The notes: generated by a model not told the origin, from the sequence alone. A stretch of DNA of 57,115 bases, filler included, from Porpidia crustulata (GCA_964255105.1; 3 parts of 3 records of this genome joined end to end with filler, not necessarily neighbours in it), one strand, 5' to 3'. Counted from the whole stretch's first letter, positions 24,568 to 37,603 are shown. Translations and numbers: made by a program.

Positions 24568-26133
24568 CTAGTTCCGTGCCTTATACTCGCGCACTTTCAA
24601 CTCATTGGCAGCTTGTCTATCAGCTTTCAATTTTTCCCAAGCTGCGTTTTGTTCTTCAAACCGTGCTTCTCGTTCGGCCTCCGTCTCTTGTTGCTCCTGT
24701 GGCTCCTTTGGCACCTCTGCAGTCCATGGCTGAGCAACTGTTGTTTCTTCAGTTGCCCTTGCTTCGACTTCAGGAATTTCTGACAAATCACTGGAAGTTA
24801 TATATCCCCCTTCTGAGCTATCATGAAGATTGGAATCCTCCGTTGCCGCAATCTCCTTGACTGAGTCTTCTTTCTCGTCTGAAAGATCTCTTGACTTCTC
24901 GCTCCATTTTCAGTTTCGACGGCCGGTGTTGTCTAAGAACGTATCTTGTAGTCTGCTTTGCGTTCTTGAGCTCTTCTTACAACAAATATTTGGCGATGGC
25001 AAAACGACGCTTTCGCTCCCGGATGGCCTTGCGCGTGCCATCCTCTGTTTCCAAATCAGCCGCAGTGTAAGATCGTCAAAGGACACTTGACGAAGGCGAT
25101 CAAGTACCTCCCAACGCGACCTCGAAGTGAGCCATGCCTCTGCCAGAATCTCGATCTCGAGGGCACGAAGCCTATCGTCTAGTAAACACGCGCATAAGAT
25201 TGCTTCCTTGACGAATAACATTATTTCGCTATCCGTATTACTATGACGATGCGTGGCTGCATTTCTCAATCTGCGCATCTCACCTAGAGTCCTTTTGAAG
25301 AGCCCACTGTTCGAGTTTGGAAACAACTCTTGCTGTTGGCTTATTGTGTCGCAGTCGAAGGGTTCCCCATCCTGGAATTCCTGTATCTCTATGCTTTCTG
25401 GCGTCAAAGAAGGCTCCCAGGTAACGCGACGGTTTTGGCAATACACGAAGATGCTGTCCTCAAGCAAATATTCTATGCGTGTGAGGAGATCGACCGAAGT
25501 GCCTGGAATCTTTGGCTCGTAGAGAATGATATCAACACCTTCAACCCTTTCTTTAGAAAGGTTTTGGCCGGAGCTCTCGAACACAGTCTCGTACACGTAC
25601 TTGATCTTATCATTCCTTGATTCGTCCCCGAGAATGCTTGGAAGCTTCATTACTTCTAGTATATCAACGATCCTAGGCGTACTGCGGTGGACCGTTTTAT
25701 GTCTGATTGAGTTCAACGAGCCGCCGATCCTGCTAGGTGGGTACGCGTTGAACCTATCGTGACTCAGCCAAAACTTGCAGCAAAGCAAGTCAGACCAGTT
25801 TGTCAACTCGGTCCTGCCAGGCTCCAACCAATTGCCATATAGGTGTATCTCCCATTCGTAACGATTCCAGCTCCTAACATTACTGGACCTCCACACCAGA
25901 GACTCCAGCTCGGACCTGTAGTGTCGTTCAAAAAACTCGAGACAGCATTCTTCCAAGGTGGTCATGAAGAATCGGAGGAAGTACTGCTATACCCTGAATG
26001 GCACATCGAAGAATTCCGGTTCACGCACTACTGGCGGGTCAGGGGTACGTACATCCCATTCGAATGACCGTTGATTCTGTCGCCATGGGCGTGGCCGATT
26101 CTCTCTGGCATCTCGTCACGCTTGCAGAGCCAT
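24568..26133 (-). pseudogene. Disrupted gene B: paralog of gene A with two HEPN-like (R-x4-H) modules plus acidic tail
   Basis: ATG 26133 is in frame with ORF 24910..25965 across TGA (26118-26116) and TAG (25989-25987). A frameshift near 25070 restores IRERKRRFAIAKYLL*EELKNAK (matches A: VERARKRRYAVAKVLLSSIFKGAK), with TAA at 24979-24977. Motifs RHKTVH (25704-25687) and RNAATH (25266-25249). Confidence 0.78.
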
Positions 26134-28177
26134 GCTCAACTAAATTTCGCCGGTGCAACTAGACTTAGACATTGTTCTTGGCGTAGACGATTCGTACGGC
26201 TAAAGTCGACGTTGGAGATTATGAAAGGGACAAAGGTGTAGGACAATGACTATTGACCACGAAAAGCATTAATTTCAAATCCCTTTATCAATCGTAAAGT
26301 CCTTTCAAAGTCAAGGATTCTTCTTACAAAGACTCCTATACTTATATATATAATATATATACGTATAATAGCCACAGACGTCCTCTTCAAAAGCTTTGTT
26401 CCCGTATTTTGGTCTCGACCTGCTTCTTTCATTGATAGGATTAGTCGAGAATATAGCGTTTCTCACATTTTCTTCTCTTCCTTCGCCGAGACAGACAATG
26501 CTGTACATGCAAAGTTGGGGTTTCTTGTGTAGTCAATGCCATGGTTCGGAACCTGCGCATGATAAACATAAATTCCTCTAACCAGGATGCACTTTCTACA
26601 TATTCCCGCTTTTAATTAGCACCTGCTGCGACAGACGTATATTACTGGTAGCCTTGAGCTAATTTGCGTTACCAGATTAAGGGAAGCATACGCAAAATTG
26701 GACTCCTGCGCTTTCAATGCCGGTACGTCGCAAGTCTTTCTGAGATAAAAAGGCCGGCTTCCAATATTCTTGCGTTCCATGTTTCCGTCCTGCTGAAGTG
26801 ATTCCTCAAATTTTAACAGCGGACACAGATTCTCGGAGTATGGGTCTCACCCAACGAGTAAGGTGAGCTTTGATCCATTATCGTGAATTGACACTCAAAA
26901 AACCCCTGGAACCTGGGCTGGCAAACCACGGGTAAAAACTCTCAAATCCATTTTTCCGGGAAGGAATTACCGCAACTCGATCCCAACGTGATTTCGGCCT
27001 TCTATTGCGTGCCTTGACTCTATCAAGCGACTTCGACTGGCATACGTTCATGATTTGATGAGGGAGGTACAATAGAGCCCATCGACCTTGACATTAAGCT
27101 TATCAAATGTATAATGAATTGATATGGAAGGAACGATCAAGCCCATTGACCTTGACATAGATCTCATCAAGTGTCAACCCCGGCCCACGAAGCCAGGTTG
27201 TCCCGTCTATACTCACACTCTTCAGAGATCTGGCTAAATCCCCAATAATTAAACAAATCTGTGCTTCATGTAATATAAACTCAATCATCGCCGTCACTTT
27301 GAGAATCGTCTCTCCCCACGAAAAAACCCGTTGTTCAATAAAAGTGTATAGAACACTCATCCATCACAACTAAGAGCCTTGAATAAAGGAACAGCCAGTC
27401 TCGGAATATGCATATATCCGTTGATTCTGTTTGCCGTTACCTTGTGTGTGGAAAGCCACTCACTGTAAGTAAATTCGAGGATTAGTGAGATCAAGACAGG
27501 AGAATTGGCGTGGCGGTCAGTGTAATTGAACGAATGTTAATATTCTGGAAATATTGGGATGGCTTCATGGATGCTGGATAGGTTTGATTTGATTTGATAT
27601 ATTCACGTTTCCGCCGTGAACCAAGTCGTATGCTCATTCATTTGATTCATTCTGAAGTCTGCCAAAGGTTTTACTATGGAAGACTGTATGCACGGAAGCT
27701 GATACCGTCATCGAAATTCCTCGGGTGACTGAATCATCCTTACAACATCCATCTACCCATAGTCTCACCTTCTGGTCTCCGAGGATCTGGGATGAAAGGA
27801 AAGTTTCCTCGTCGGTCAACAGGGTAGGATTTCTTGTGGAATTGACCAAGATATGGCCTGTTTATTTCTACGGAGCGTGGGATTCACGCTCGGTTGCATT
27901 TGTACGTGCTAAGTGATTGAGTGTGATTGATTTTGGTTTCATCCGTTGGGAATTTACGGCGGTTTGACCGGAGTATGGCTTATTTTTTGCAGAAAGAGTT
28001 GTACTTACACGAGCATTTTTGAGAAGAGGCAGGTACGTGTGGTTGAAATGATAAAGATGATAATTCAAATATGTACTTTAACTATGATGTGGTGGTGAAA
28101 CCACGCCACTAAATACAAAATTATTTTCCGAACCTCAAAAATGCTTCAACCAACCACCTACCTCACCCCAACCCCCC

Positions 28178-29069
28178 TCACTTAAGCGCACAACCAGACT
28201 TATCCGTAATCTCCTTGGGACAAGGAACAGTCCGATAATTAACCCTACAGACAGCATTTAGTCATGCTTCCTACACAGCAAGCACGAAGAAAAGACTCAC
28301 GTCGGATTATCCGCGCCCTTGAACCAACCCCATCGGAACGAGCAACCAGGCTGGAGTTTCGATGGAAACTGAGAGCATTTGTCGCTCGAAGAGCCACCGT
28401 ACTGCGCACCCCAGATCGCGGACGTGGCACCCCACTCCGTCGAGCATCCGTCAAAGGCTCCGAATCCACCGCCGGGCATCTATGTTATGTTAAGAAGAGC
28501 CTTCGGCAAGGATTTTTAGCGAAAAGGAACTTACGGCAATATCGAATTGCGTGTTGCTGACGTCGTAACCGGTATTCGTGGCTTGGACTATCATTTTCTT
28601 CCCGGACACAGGGCCGCTGGTGAAGGCAAGCTCGTAGCAGGTGCAGCAGGCCGGGTTGTTGGCGTTGACGGCGGCGAAGCCATAAGCTAGCTGGTCGTTT
28701 ACGGCCCAGGGGCTTTGGTCGCTGCACATGTAGGCTGAGAATTGCTTTAGTATATATACTATGAGCGTGGAAAGTTTAGGTAATCTTACCATTACCGCCG
28801 TTGCAGCCGGACTGAGCGTTTGCGTCGGATAGAGGTCTATCTTTGACATCGCAAGTTTTGACAGGTGCCAGTGCTGCAGGTGCGTTGGCAGCCCAGGCGC
28901 AGGATGGCTTACAGCAGTCCCTATTTCTTGTCAGCATATATATGGCTTGAAGTCCTGGAGGGGTTTACCAGTAGCGGGTTGTGTGGCCTGAACCAGATTG
29001 AGCGGCTCCGAGAGAGACAGACGTCGCCAGGATTGTTGCAATCACAATCTTGGAAATTCGAGATGCCAT
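28178..29069 (-). CDS. Secreted GH45 endo-beta-1,4-glucanase, 225 aa, no CBM; exons 29069-28969, 28920-28790, 28734-28535, 28479-28301, 28244-28178
   Basis: Signal peptide; [86 protein letters not shown]. Exons sum to 678 nt with no internal stop. Confidence 0.95.
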
Positions 29070-30804
29070 GTTTTAGGAGAAATGTAATAGCTATAGAATT
29101 GAATAGAGTTGAAGAAAGTGAGATGGTTGATTCTATAGAACTTATGGATGGTCGAGTACGAAAAGAGAAGCAGGACATGACGCAGCGTTTTATAAACTTA
29201 CACCGAACAACAATTGACAATTCTGAGGCTTTTAATAGACTGATCTTCGAATCCTCGGGACACCAACGTTGTGCCGTGCACGGCCTATAGTCTTGAACAA
29301 TCAAGTACATGCTTCTTGTTTCTAGCCAGGCACATCTCCCCAAACTGGGACAACCATCGTCGTTAGTTTTGTAACGATTGCATCATACAAGACCTTGGTC
29401 GAAACATTGTCTCCGAGCGAAGGTGAGAGAACCCACTCTAGGAATATTCATGTAAGGAAGTCTGACAAACCCGTGCGAGACGGGAGAAACATGGCTCACA
29501 CGTCGTTATCGTCCTCATTAACTCAATTGATCCGAATCCTTTGCATTCAGGTACCTTGCCTTGAAACAAAGCTGGAGATGAAAGGTAGCAACAATGCAAC
29601 CAAGAAGATTATATATCGATGATCTTTTCCACGCCCGGCCTAGTAAGCATTGCATGTGGCCGGAGAATATCCAACTCTAATCGTTTTAGTGTGGCGGTAC
29701 CCGTTCCACACCCCAATCACATGTTTCTGGGATTCGTCGAAAGGCATCCAGATCAGGAGTACATCGCTCTAAACCAAGTGTTTCAGCCTGCCCGTGATTA
29801 GTTCGCATTTTAGGATGAGATCAGCCGAAAATCTGAGTTTCATCTACTCCTCGCAATATCTATTCTATCGTCGTCATCTCTCTCGACCAGGTCCTAGACC
29901 GAGCTGACTTCAAGAATGATACCCGTTGGCATCGAACAACACATTGGGCATATGACTGCTATCTTTATTACATGTGTGAAAACTAGCGTCCGGGTAGCCA
30001 AGTTTACCAGCAGACCTGTTATCAATTAGAAACGTTTTCTAGGTATTAGCAATCAATGATCTTACTTGACAACCCGAGGGATTCACAGGCACCGAGGTGT
30101 AGATCTTTTGATGCTAAATACCTACTTCTTTGAGTTAGCTCGTTCCCCTGCAACAATCTCCGATACTTCGAGTCATTTTCTGAAAACCTGTCGAAATACA
30201 ATGGAAGAGACAATTCGCCTCTGCACTTGCTTCAAACTTCTTTCGGTCCACCGCTTTAATATTCTCATGAAAAACTTGACGACACCCATTCCATCTGGCT
30301 TCCACGTAACGATCAATTATGGCTGCACCGAAACTTTCACTGTAAGCTACTCTGTCTGCTTTTGTTGCCGAAACAGCGTAGCACGGCTGCGATACTATTG
30401 AGATCTTCCATCTGACGATCGTTTGAACAGCTGCTATTCTTAGATTAGAATAATTAGAGACATGTTTCTCAGCATAACGGAAAGCTTTCCGTGCCGTTGT
30501 TGCATGATTCTTTTCGCAGCACTTACTTCTCATAACAAAAATCATGGAGAGTATATCTAGGTAAAGCACTCTGATCTCTCGATGACCATCTCAGTGTTGT
30601 CATTAAAGATGAGAGTATATATGTACTGAGAAATGCAAGTCAAAAATATGATAATGGTTTATGAAAGTTTACGAACAAACATTTGTGTAGTCGTTGTTTG
30701 TCCTTAGTTAGCTTTCATACCTCAGGGTTCAATCCGACTTTTGTACCTTTCTAGAAATGTTGTCGATGTTAACTCCCCGTCGAAGAAGACTATCTCCTGC
30801 CGCG

Positions 30805-32172
30805 TCAAAATCGACCATCTTGTTTTACTTCAGCGACGTTAATGTAGTAAAAGTACGACTTCCAAATGTAATGGGGTACAATTTGGCGCGAGACTTGTAC
30901 GGAGGGTACGGGTACTGAAATCAGCGCTGATCTTCGATCCGTAATGTTTGGAGGTGACCACGCGGATAGATAGTTGAAGGCCTGAAGCTCGGGGAAACAC
31001 TCGTTTGTGTAATATTTCTCAATGTCTACGTCCTCTATACTACGATCCGCATTGGCTACTTCGACAGCGCTAATAAAGGTGTGATCCGAGCTGCTATTCG
31101 TGCGATATTCGTCACTTTGATACTTTTGGGGCAGCTGCATTCTAATGCCCTTGCTTCGTTCAAGATCCTGTTTTGGCAGTCGCTGACCACTGTCCATTGA
31201 GTCAAAACCAATAGTTTTGCTTCCACGAAGGAGGTATCTTTTGGTACTAGATATCATGCGGAAGAAATTTGGAGGCTGTTGGAATACGTCGCTGAATAGC
31301 GGTCGTAGAGCAGGTACGGAAGTTATAATAATGCCAACAAACTGCTCTACAGCAGCTCACGTCGCAGGCTTAGTAAATCCTCAAGTGTAATCATCGGCAA
31401 AGACGCCCTTTAACGTAATGGCTTTGGCGACGGCACACCCTGCGGTGAACACCCCTAGACCCATGAGCAAGCATAGAGCTACTTTTGTATAGTGGTTCAT
31501 CTGAAGCCGGCGTATGACCAAGGTTGGTATCCCCACGCATACAAGATCTGTCACGACATCAATCGCGAAGCCAACGTATCCAGCCAAGACGGTGGTGTGG
31601 GTAGATAAGCACGATCCTCGCACGTGTGGGTTCCAGAGAGTGGCTAATGGCCTACAGTGCAGGAAGAAAAGCATCGCCGAAGCCGAATGCGTTACGGCAA
31701 CAAAGATGAGGAGGCACAATATGAACTGCCAGATCCTTCTCCTACCTCGCTCGACGACACGAAGGAGTGTAATACAGACAGTGATCTTGACGGCGCCGAT
31801 GCCAATGACGTTGAGAGCTTCGGAGATGGCACTGAACTCAAGCATTGAAGTGACGGATTGCGAAGGCAAGCAGGAAAAGTGCCTGCCCATGCCTGAGGTA
31901 ATCATTTTGGTAAAGAACCCGCCGGTAACAACGCCGATGATCTGGAAATGGAAAACCAAGAGTAAGTGGTGATTGTCACTTACCAGGCTTGCCACGGACG
32001 CATAGTCGTCCCATCCGACAGAATGACGAAGTTTCGTCCGCACCTACAACCTCAAGCTGACAACAATGATGGCAATGGTCAGCAAAATCCAGGTAAAGAC
32101 AAGACCAATCGTGCCCTGATTTTCGTCGCACCGCAAGAAAGGGGTTGTAGACGAGGCCGCTTGAGAGACCAT
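30805..32172 (-). pseudogene. PTH11-like (fungal rhodopsin-domain) 7TM receptor with three in-frame stops and no frameshift
   Basis: One frame from ATG 32172 to 30805 with a probable 42-nt intron (31983-31942): VSLRL*VRTKLRHSVGWDDY, GMGRH, VKITVCITLLRV, CRPLATLW, DVVTDLVCVGIP, DDYT*GFTKPAT*AAVEQFVGIIITSVPALRPLF. Stops at 32046-32044 (TAG), 31383-31381 (TGA), 31359-31357 (TGA). Confidence 0.85.
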
Positions 32173-33719
32173 GACTAATAAAAGACTTCGAGTGCCGGCG
32201 ATGTAGTCTTGCAATCCAGATCGAGTCCACTTTCCTATGTTGCGTATCAGACGAGACAATCAAATGAAGGAACATTGCCTATGTTGGCAATACGGAAATT
32301 CCGAGGGGAGAAAGAGGTACGCCGCTCGTCTATTTACCCCCCTCTTGTGGTCCTCCCTTTCTCCATCTCCGGTTGGGTATGGTGCAAGTCAGCCAGTGTA
32401 GCCACAAGGCTGAGAAATACATCTATGCCATCAGCTTTGTCAAGGCGTTCCAAGGTCGATTGGTACATCGCTATTAAGGCCCTCGAAAGTCTGAAATGAA
32501 ATGCATAGATACGGCTGAAGTCGAGACGTGTATGTATCGTTAAGTAGTAGAGGAGTAAAGGGTCTTCTGAAAATCTAGTGGTCCAGAGCAAGTGGTTTTA
32601 TGCATAAACCAGAAACGTCTGCATATGCATAGATGCTGTGTATCTTCCAGGTAACACAACTCTATCATGTGTGTCTGCTTCATCTTTGCGTTATCGTTTG
32701 GTTCGGTATCTCAGCCAAGAAGTATCTAGTTCCTGCTCTTCTCCCCTTGGCCTCTTTCCATTACGCGATCCGTACTGTAGTCGGAGGGATAGCTTCTGCC
32801 ACCTGTTGACGCAGTCATAACCTCGAGCAGACAAGATTATATTGATTGGATCAAAGCACTTTGGGGCTATGCTGAGCGCCGTGGATGCAAATAAAAGCTG
32901 GACTCGGTATAGCGTCTCAGGAAAGGGTCGAATTAACAACCAATAGATGACTTCACACAGTACACACGGCGCAGAAATACCCAAGGCAAACCCTTCAGTT
33001 GAGATCGAAGGTGGATTAATATCAAAGAGTCACCGATGCAAGGGAGAGGATACAATCTCCAACCGTAAGTGAAGCCTCGGAGGGTAACCTTACAGTTGAT
33101 GTCGATCTTCGAGCTGGGCTTGCGTACAATGACTACGTGCGTACATGATGAGATGCCGTAATGGGGAACTTGGGTTGAATGTGTTGATGAAAATCGGCGT
33201 TCGCAAAGCCACAGGTCAGCCACATTCAAGCCACTGTCAAGGTCAGAAAGGGACAAAGGATGGATGCGCCGGTGGGTTCGAAGATCGCACACCTCACCCC
33301 TAAGATAACCTGTATCCGCGCCTCTAGTGCTCTGCATCATGGACGTTCTCATGTTATCCCAAGCGGCACGTCTGACTTCTAGATTCTGCCGGAGTGCTGC
33401 ATTAGTCACTGCCTGCAGTAAGTTGCGACGGCACGGATTGTCTGACGGCACAAATAGTCTGTCGACATTTCCAGACATCTAATCATTTCAGATGGGTGAC
33501 ACCAGGAACCCTGAAATCATGCCAACTCTTGCCTACAGTACTCGAATACAGACCAAGACAAGGCCATTGGGCTGTGGTAGACAACTGGGTGTGACCAAGC
33601 AATTTGAGTTATGTTCAAGGCTTCGAGGACATTATACTCAAGATTCCCAAATTGACGATTCACCTTTACAGTTAACTTTCTTGAATTAGCTGAAGTCTTA
33701 ACTTATCCACTCGGCCCAA

Positions 33720-34970
33720 ATGTCAGACCACTCTGAACAGCGTCCACGAATCAGCTCGAAAGTGTTCCTCGTGAGTCTCTGCACGTCAAAACTAGATTCC
33801 ACGGCTCTTGGCTTATTCGCTTTCTAGGGCCACCACTGGGGGCTCCTTGGAATTTCGCTATGCTTTATCGTCTTCCGCCTCGGCGTTCGAGTCAGATACT
33901 TCCACAAGCTCTGGGTAGACGACTTCTTAATCATAGGTGCATGGTTAATACTACTAATCAGCACTTCTCTATGGCAACACCAATCAAAGGCTCTCTACAA
34001 CCATTTTTCTTTAGCGAATGGGAAAATACAACCGACGGCAGGGATATTGAGTAAAGAGACAATCATGTTGCGAGTAAATGTTGTGCAGTTCTATCTTTTA
34101 TATACCACACTATGGTCCGTCAAGCTTTCAATTCTGCTTTTCTTTCGTAGAGTATTCTGCGACCGTCAGCGGGCTCCATGGCTGAAGGCATGGTGGTGGT
34201 CCACATTTGGATTCACCGTAGCAACCTGGGCCGCTTCTCTTGGGACTATTCCATACCGCTGTCTACTAAGTCCTCTTTCATTTATCATGGGTATAGCAAC
34301 CTATGTCGGTGCCCATAATCCTCGGGATTGTACAGATTATGTGCAGCCCAGTGCGCGAAACAGGTCAACTTCCATTATGTGTTGGTGCATTTGAACCTGA
34401 ACTGCGCGACTGACATTTCTTCCGACCTTATGAGTAAGTGGTTTGCAATCATCAAGCACATTGAGCATACGCTTACCTCCTCTCGACAGTATTTGCTATT
34501 CCTGTTATGGGACTTTGGGACGTCAAGATTTGTCTAAGGCAAAAGCTAGCATTCCTGGGCATCTTCTCTTTGACGATTATAACGATTATCTTCGCGATTG
34601 TTCGGATAGCTGTAATACCGTACACAGAATCATCGATTGGTATCATCTGGCTCTGCCTGTGGGCGTATGTTGAAAGCGGTGTTGGTAAGTTCAGCAAGAG
34701 ATTGTCTTTCAATTTCCACCACTTTGGCCTCCCAACTATCGATCCCTTGGCTGATCAATATGTTTCAAACCCTTAGCCGTCATAGTTTCTTGTCTGGCTT
34801 CCTCTCGCCAACTATTTGTTGAATCTGAGCATTCGTCTTTCTGCAACCAAAGCTCCAAATTCAAATCCTTCCGATTGGGACCCTCGTCTTTAGAATCGAA
34901 GTGTCAGACAAGGATTCTTTACCTCGTAACGAGAGTAGAGCCGAAAGTTTCGGATGACCAGAATCGGTAG
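33720..34970 (+). CDS. PTH11-like 7TM receptor without CFEM domain; exons 33720-33770, 33828-34290, 34347-34433, 34490-34684, 34777-34970
   Basis: Spliced frame is open: FRLGVRVRYFHKLWVDDFL, LWSVKLSILLFFRRVF, ATDISSDLMIFAIP, QKLAFLGIFSL, LWAYVESGVAVIVSCLASSRQLF. Confidence 0.82.
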
Positions 34971-37603
34971 GATGTGTACGTTGAAGATGTACTGTCCTGT
35001 GAGATCCTCGGGATTACTTGAAAGCGATCATTAAGAGGACATAATCCTTGCACATCAAAACCTAGGATTCTCTACAGACCATGACGCCTTTTCAAGTTTA
35101 CAACGAGGCAATTCTTAACGGATTTGGCACACAGTAATACCGTACATGTGGAAAATCTCAGTTTTTCAGAAGAGTTGTTGAGTCCTACATCAGCTTCCTG
35201 TATAAGGTGACTATCAACTACATCAAATCTGAAAATGCATCACAAGACGGTATATAGTATGTTGCCACATGGCAAACACCAGCACCTAAAATCCGATCCT
35301 TCGAGGGGAAGTGATTCGCGATCAACAAAAGTCTTGCGTCTGTCTCATGCACGCTGTCTCCATGGGTGGGATAGGATATCTGTACAGCAATGACAGGTCT
35401 CGAGCCTGTGTTTCTGGGCTTATAGCTAATTGGCAAGCCAGCAAGCAATCACGATTTCTTCTTTATCTAACACATAACCGCCTATTCTAAATATTCAAGC
35501 TCTATCTGAGATTCTTACCTAACACTACCACCAAAAATAGAATGGTGACATGATCAATACGTCAACGAATCATCTCGGTCGACGGGCCCGGGTAGCCAGT
35601 ATGGTGTGCCGCTATGGTTTCTGAGATTTGGTGTTACCTGTCACAAAGCCCTCTCCAATTTCCCTGAATCGAGATGGTTAACACTTCGAGTAATAGTAGA
35701 CTGGATGATCCTGCAGGTTCTGCCGTAGCCGCACGTCCACGTTACGCTTTATGCAGTGTAACCATCTCCACGAGACTGTGAAAGTTCAGCCGCCGAAAAC
35801 GTCTCAGGTATTTGGTTCGGCTATGAGCCGTTCGCTCGGTACATCTGTGGCTCAGCTATGCAAACCCCTTTCAATGCGCCTTTGTCAGTCTCCTTACATG
35901 AATAAAAACTTTACTGTCTCAAAGAGCGGTCGCTACTATATGCCTACATTCTTGTTAACCCCACCCAGGAAAGCGAGTCACAGCGCGCTATACGTCTTCC
36001 TGGCAAAGTGAACCTGTCGAAATACATACACTGGTGGGAAATGGATACGACCAATCGGCGATCAGTATCAATGATGGGCTTGCTCCAAGTACCAAGGATT
36101 CCTGGAAGTATAACACATCGTGGCTAGCAAACAACAACAAAGCAAGCGTGCGGTCATGGTCAACGGCTTGAGCCGGGGCATGTATGCACTTTGTACTTTT
36201 TTCAAAGCTCCCAATAATTTCTCGGCTCTTGAAGTAGAGATAGAGCCATTACCAATTCCCTAGCCTGTCATAGCTACAATTTCAAGACCAACGACACCTC
36301 GCCGATCAGGTTGGTATGGACTTCGCACGCCTCCACAATTTACCCATGCTTTCCCTTGATAGTACTGACCACCATTCCCCAAACCCTCACGAACCAACCG
36401 CTACCCATTATTTAGTCCAAGAAATACATTCCATCAACCATAAACTCATTGGTATCGCCGCCAACGTCTTCGCCCTTCCTGAAGTCGTAACCCTCATCCC
36501 AAAATCTATCTCCGCCTTCAGCCCCTCCCCATACGACCACCAATATCGGCATCACTCAGGTCAAACCCTCTACTCAAGCTAACCCAGACCACATACACCG
36601 CATTTCTCCCATCACCTCGCACAGCGTCTTCAGCTGCCATCAAGTCAGCGTCAAGCAAAGGATCGCGTAGGATCTTGGTCGATAAAGTGCTTTTCGGCTT
36701 CAGACCCTTCGCACTACTCATCAACTGTAGCTCTCCCAAACGAAGACACGCTTGGGCTGAACGTCGGCATTTGCAGTGGAAATGGCAGGGTAGACGCGTC
36801 CGCACCGAAAATCTTAGACACGGCGGTATGACAGAAGAGCGACGCACGCCCCAGGGCGGTTGTGAAGCGAGAAGATGGGCGAAGTAGGCCGGAGGAGATG
36901 AATACGCCGGGGCGGGCGCCGGAGCGGAGGAGCGACCTAGAGGACGCGGTCGAAAATGGTGTTGACGAGAAGCGAGACGAGTGGTCTTGGGGATTGGCGG
37001 ACGTTGGTTAGTAGTCGTGTAATTACCTGATGTGAGTATTACGAAGGACACATTAATTGAGATATGGGAATCCGGGAACCAGAGCAAAATTCCTCCACTT
37101 CATTCCCCCATCCATTTCACGCTACATCTTTTCAGCTTGAATTCTCGATACGTTGTGATTTTTTTATGTGGATATCTCTATTGGATTTATTATTCATGCC
37201 ATGTCACTTACTTGACACGAAATCCTCGATTATGAATGATAGCATCATACCAGAACTGAATTTCATGCACATGAGCAACTTTTTTTGGACAAAATTGTAC
37301 ACCTCTAAATATATATCATATGATATCAAAGTCAGTCACTAAGAAAAATCACGCCGTAAATCAACTAGTTTATCTACTCTCCACATCTAGGTACAGACCA
37401 AGATACCTACCTAGCTACCTACCTATGACGCTCCAGCCCTAAGAAAAACGTCACATCCCATTCACCAAACACCGCTTTCCACGTGAATGAATACAAATAA
37501 GCACAAGCACCTACCTATACGATGATCTCCGCTCCAAATCCAAAACAACCGCCCACCCACCCTCTCCTCAAACGTTTCAGTAATCCAATATCGATTGTCT
37601 ACC

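Noticed and set aside
21574..26133. Interpretation of the dual R-x4-H genes as a Cas13/CRISPR system
   Set aside because: No repeat-spacer array, the context is eukaryotic and the proteins are far smaller than Cas13; only the two-motif architecture is analogous.
31357..31383. TGA-as-Trp alternative genetic code
   Set aside because: TGA is the normal terminator of several nuclear genes here (GH45, RTR1, QCR2) and other genes use TGG for Trp.
32933..33478. 181-codon ORF between the two receptors
   Set aside because: No motif, signal peptide or convincing coding character.
36410..37087. GC-rich minus-strand ORF region (36518..37087)
   Set aside because: May be a gene relic, but I could not build a consistent frame or recognise any motif.
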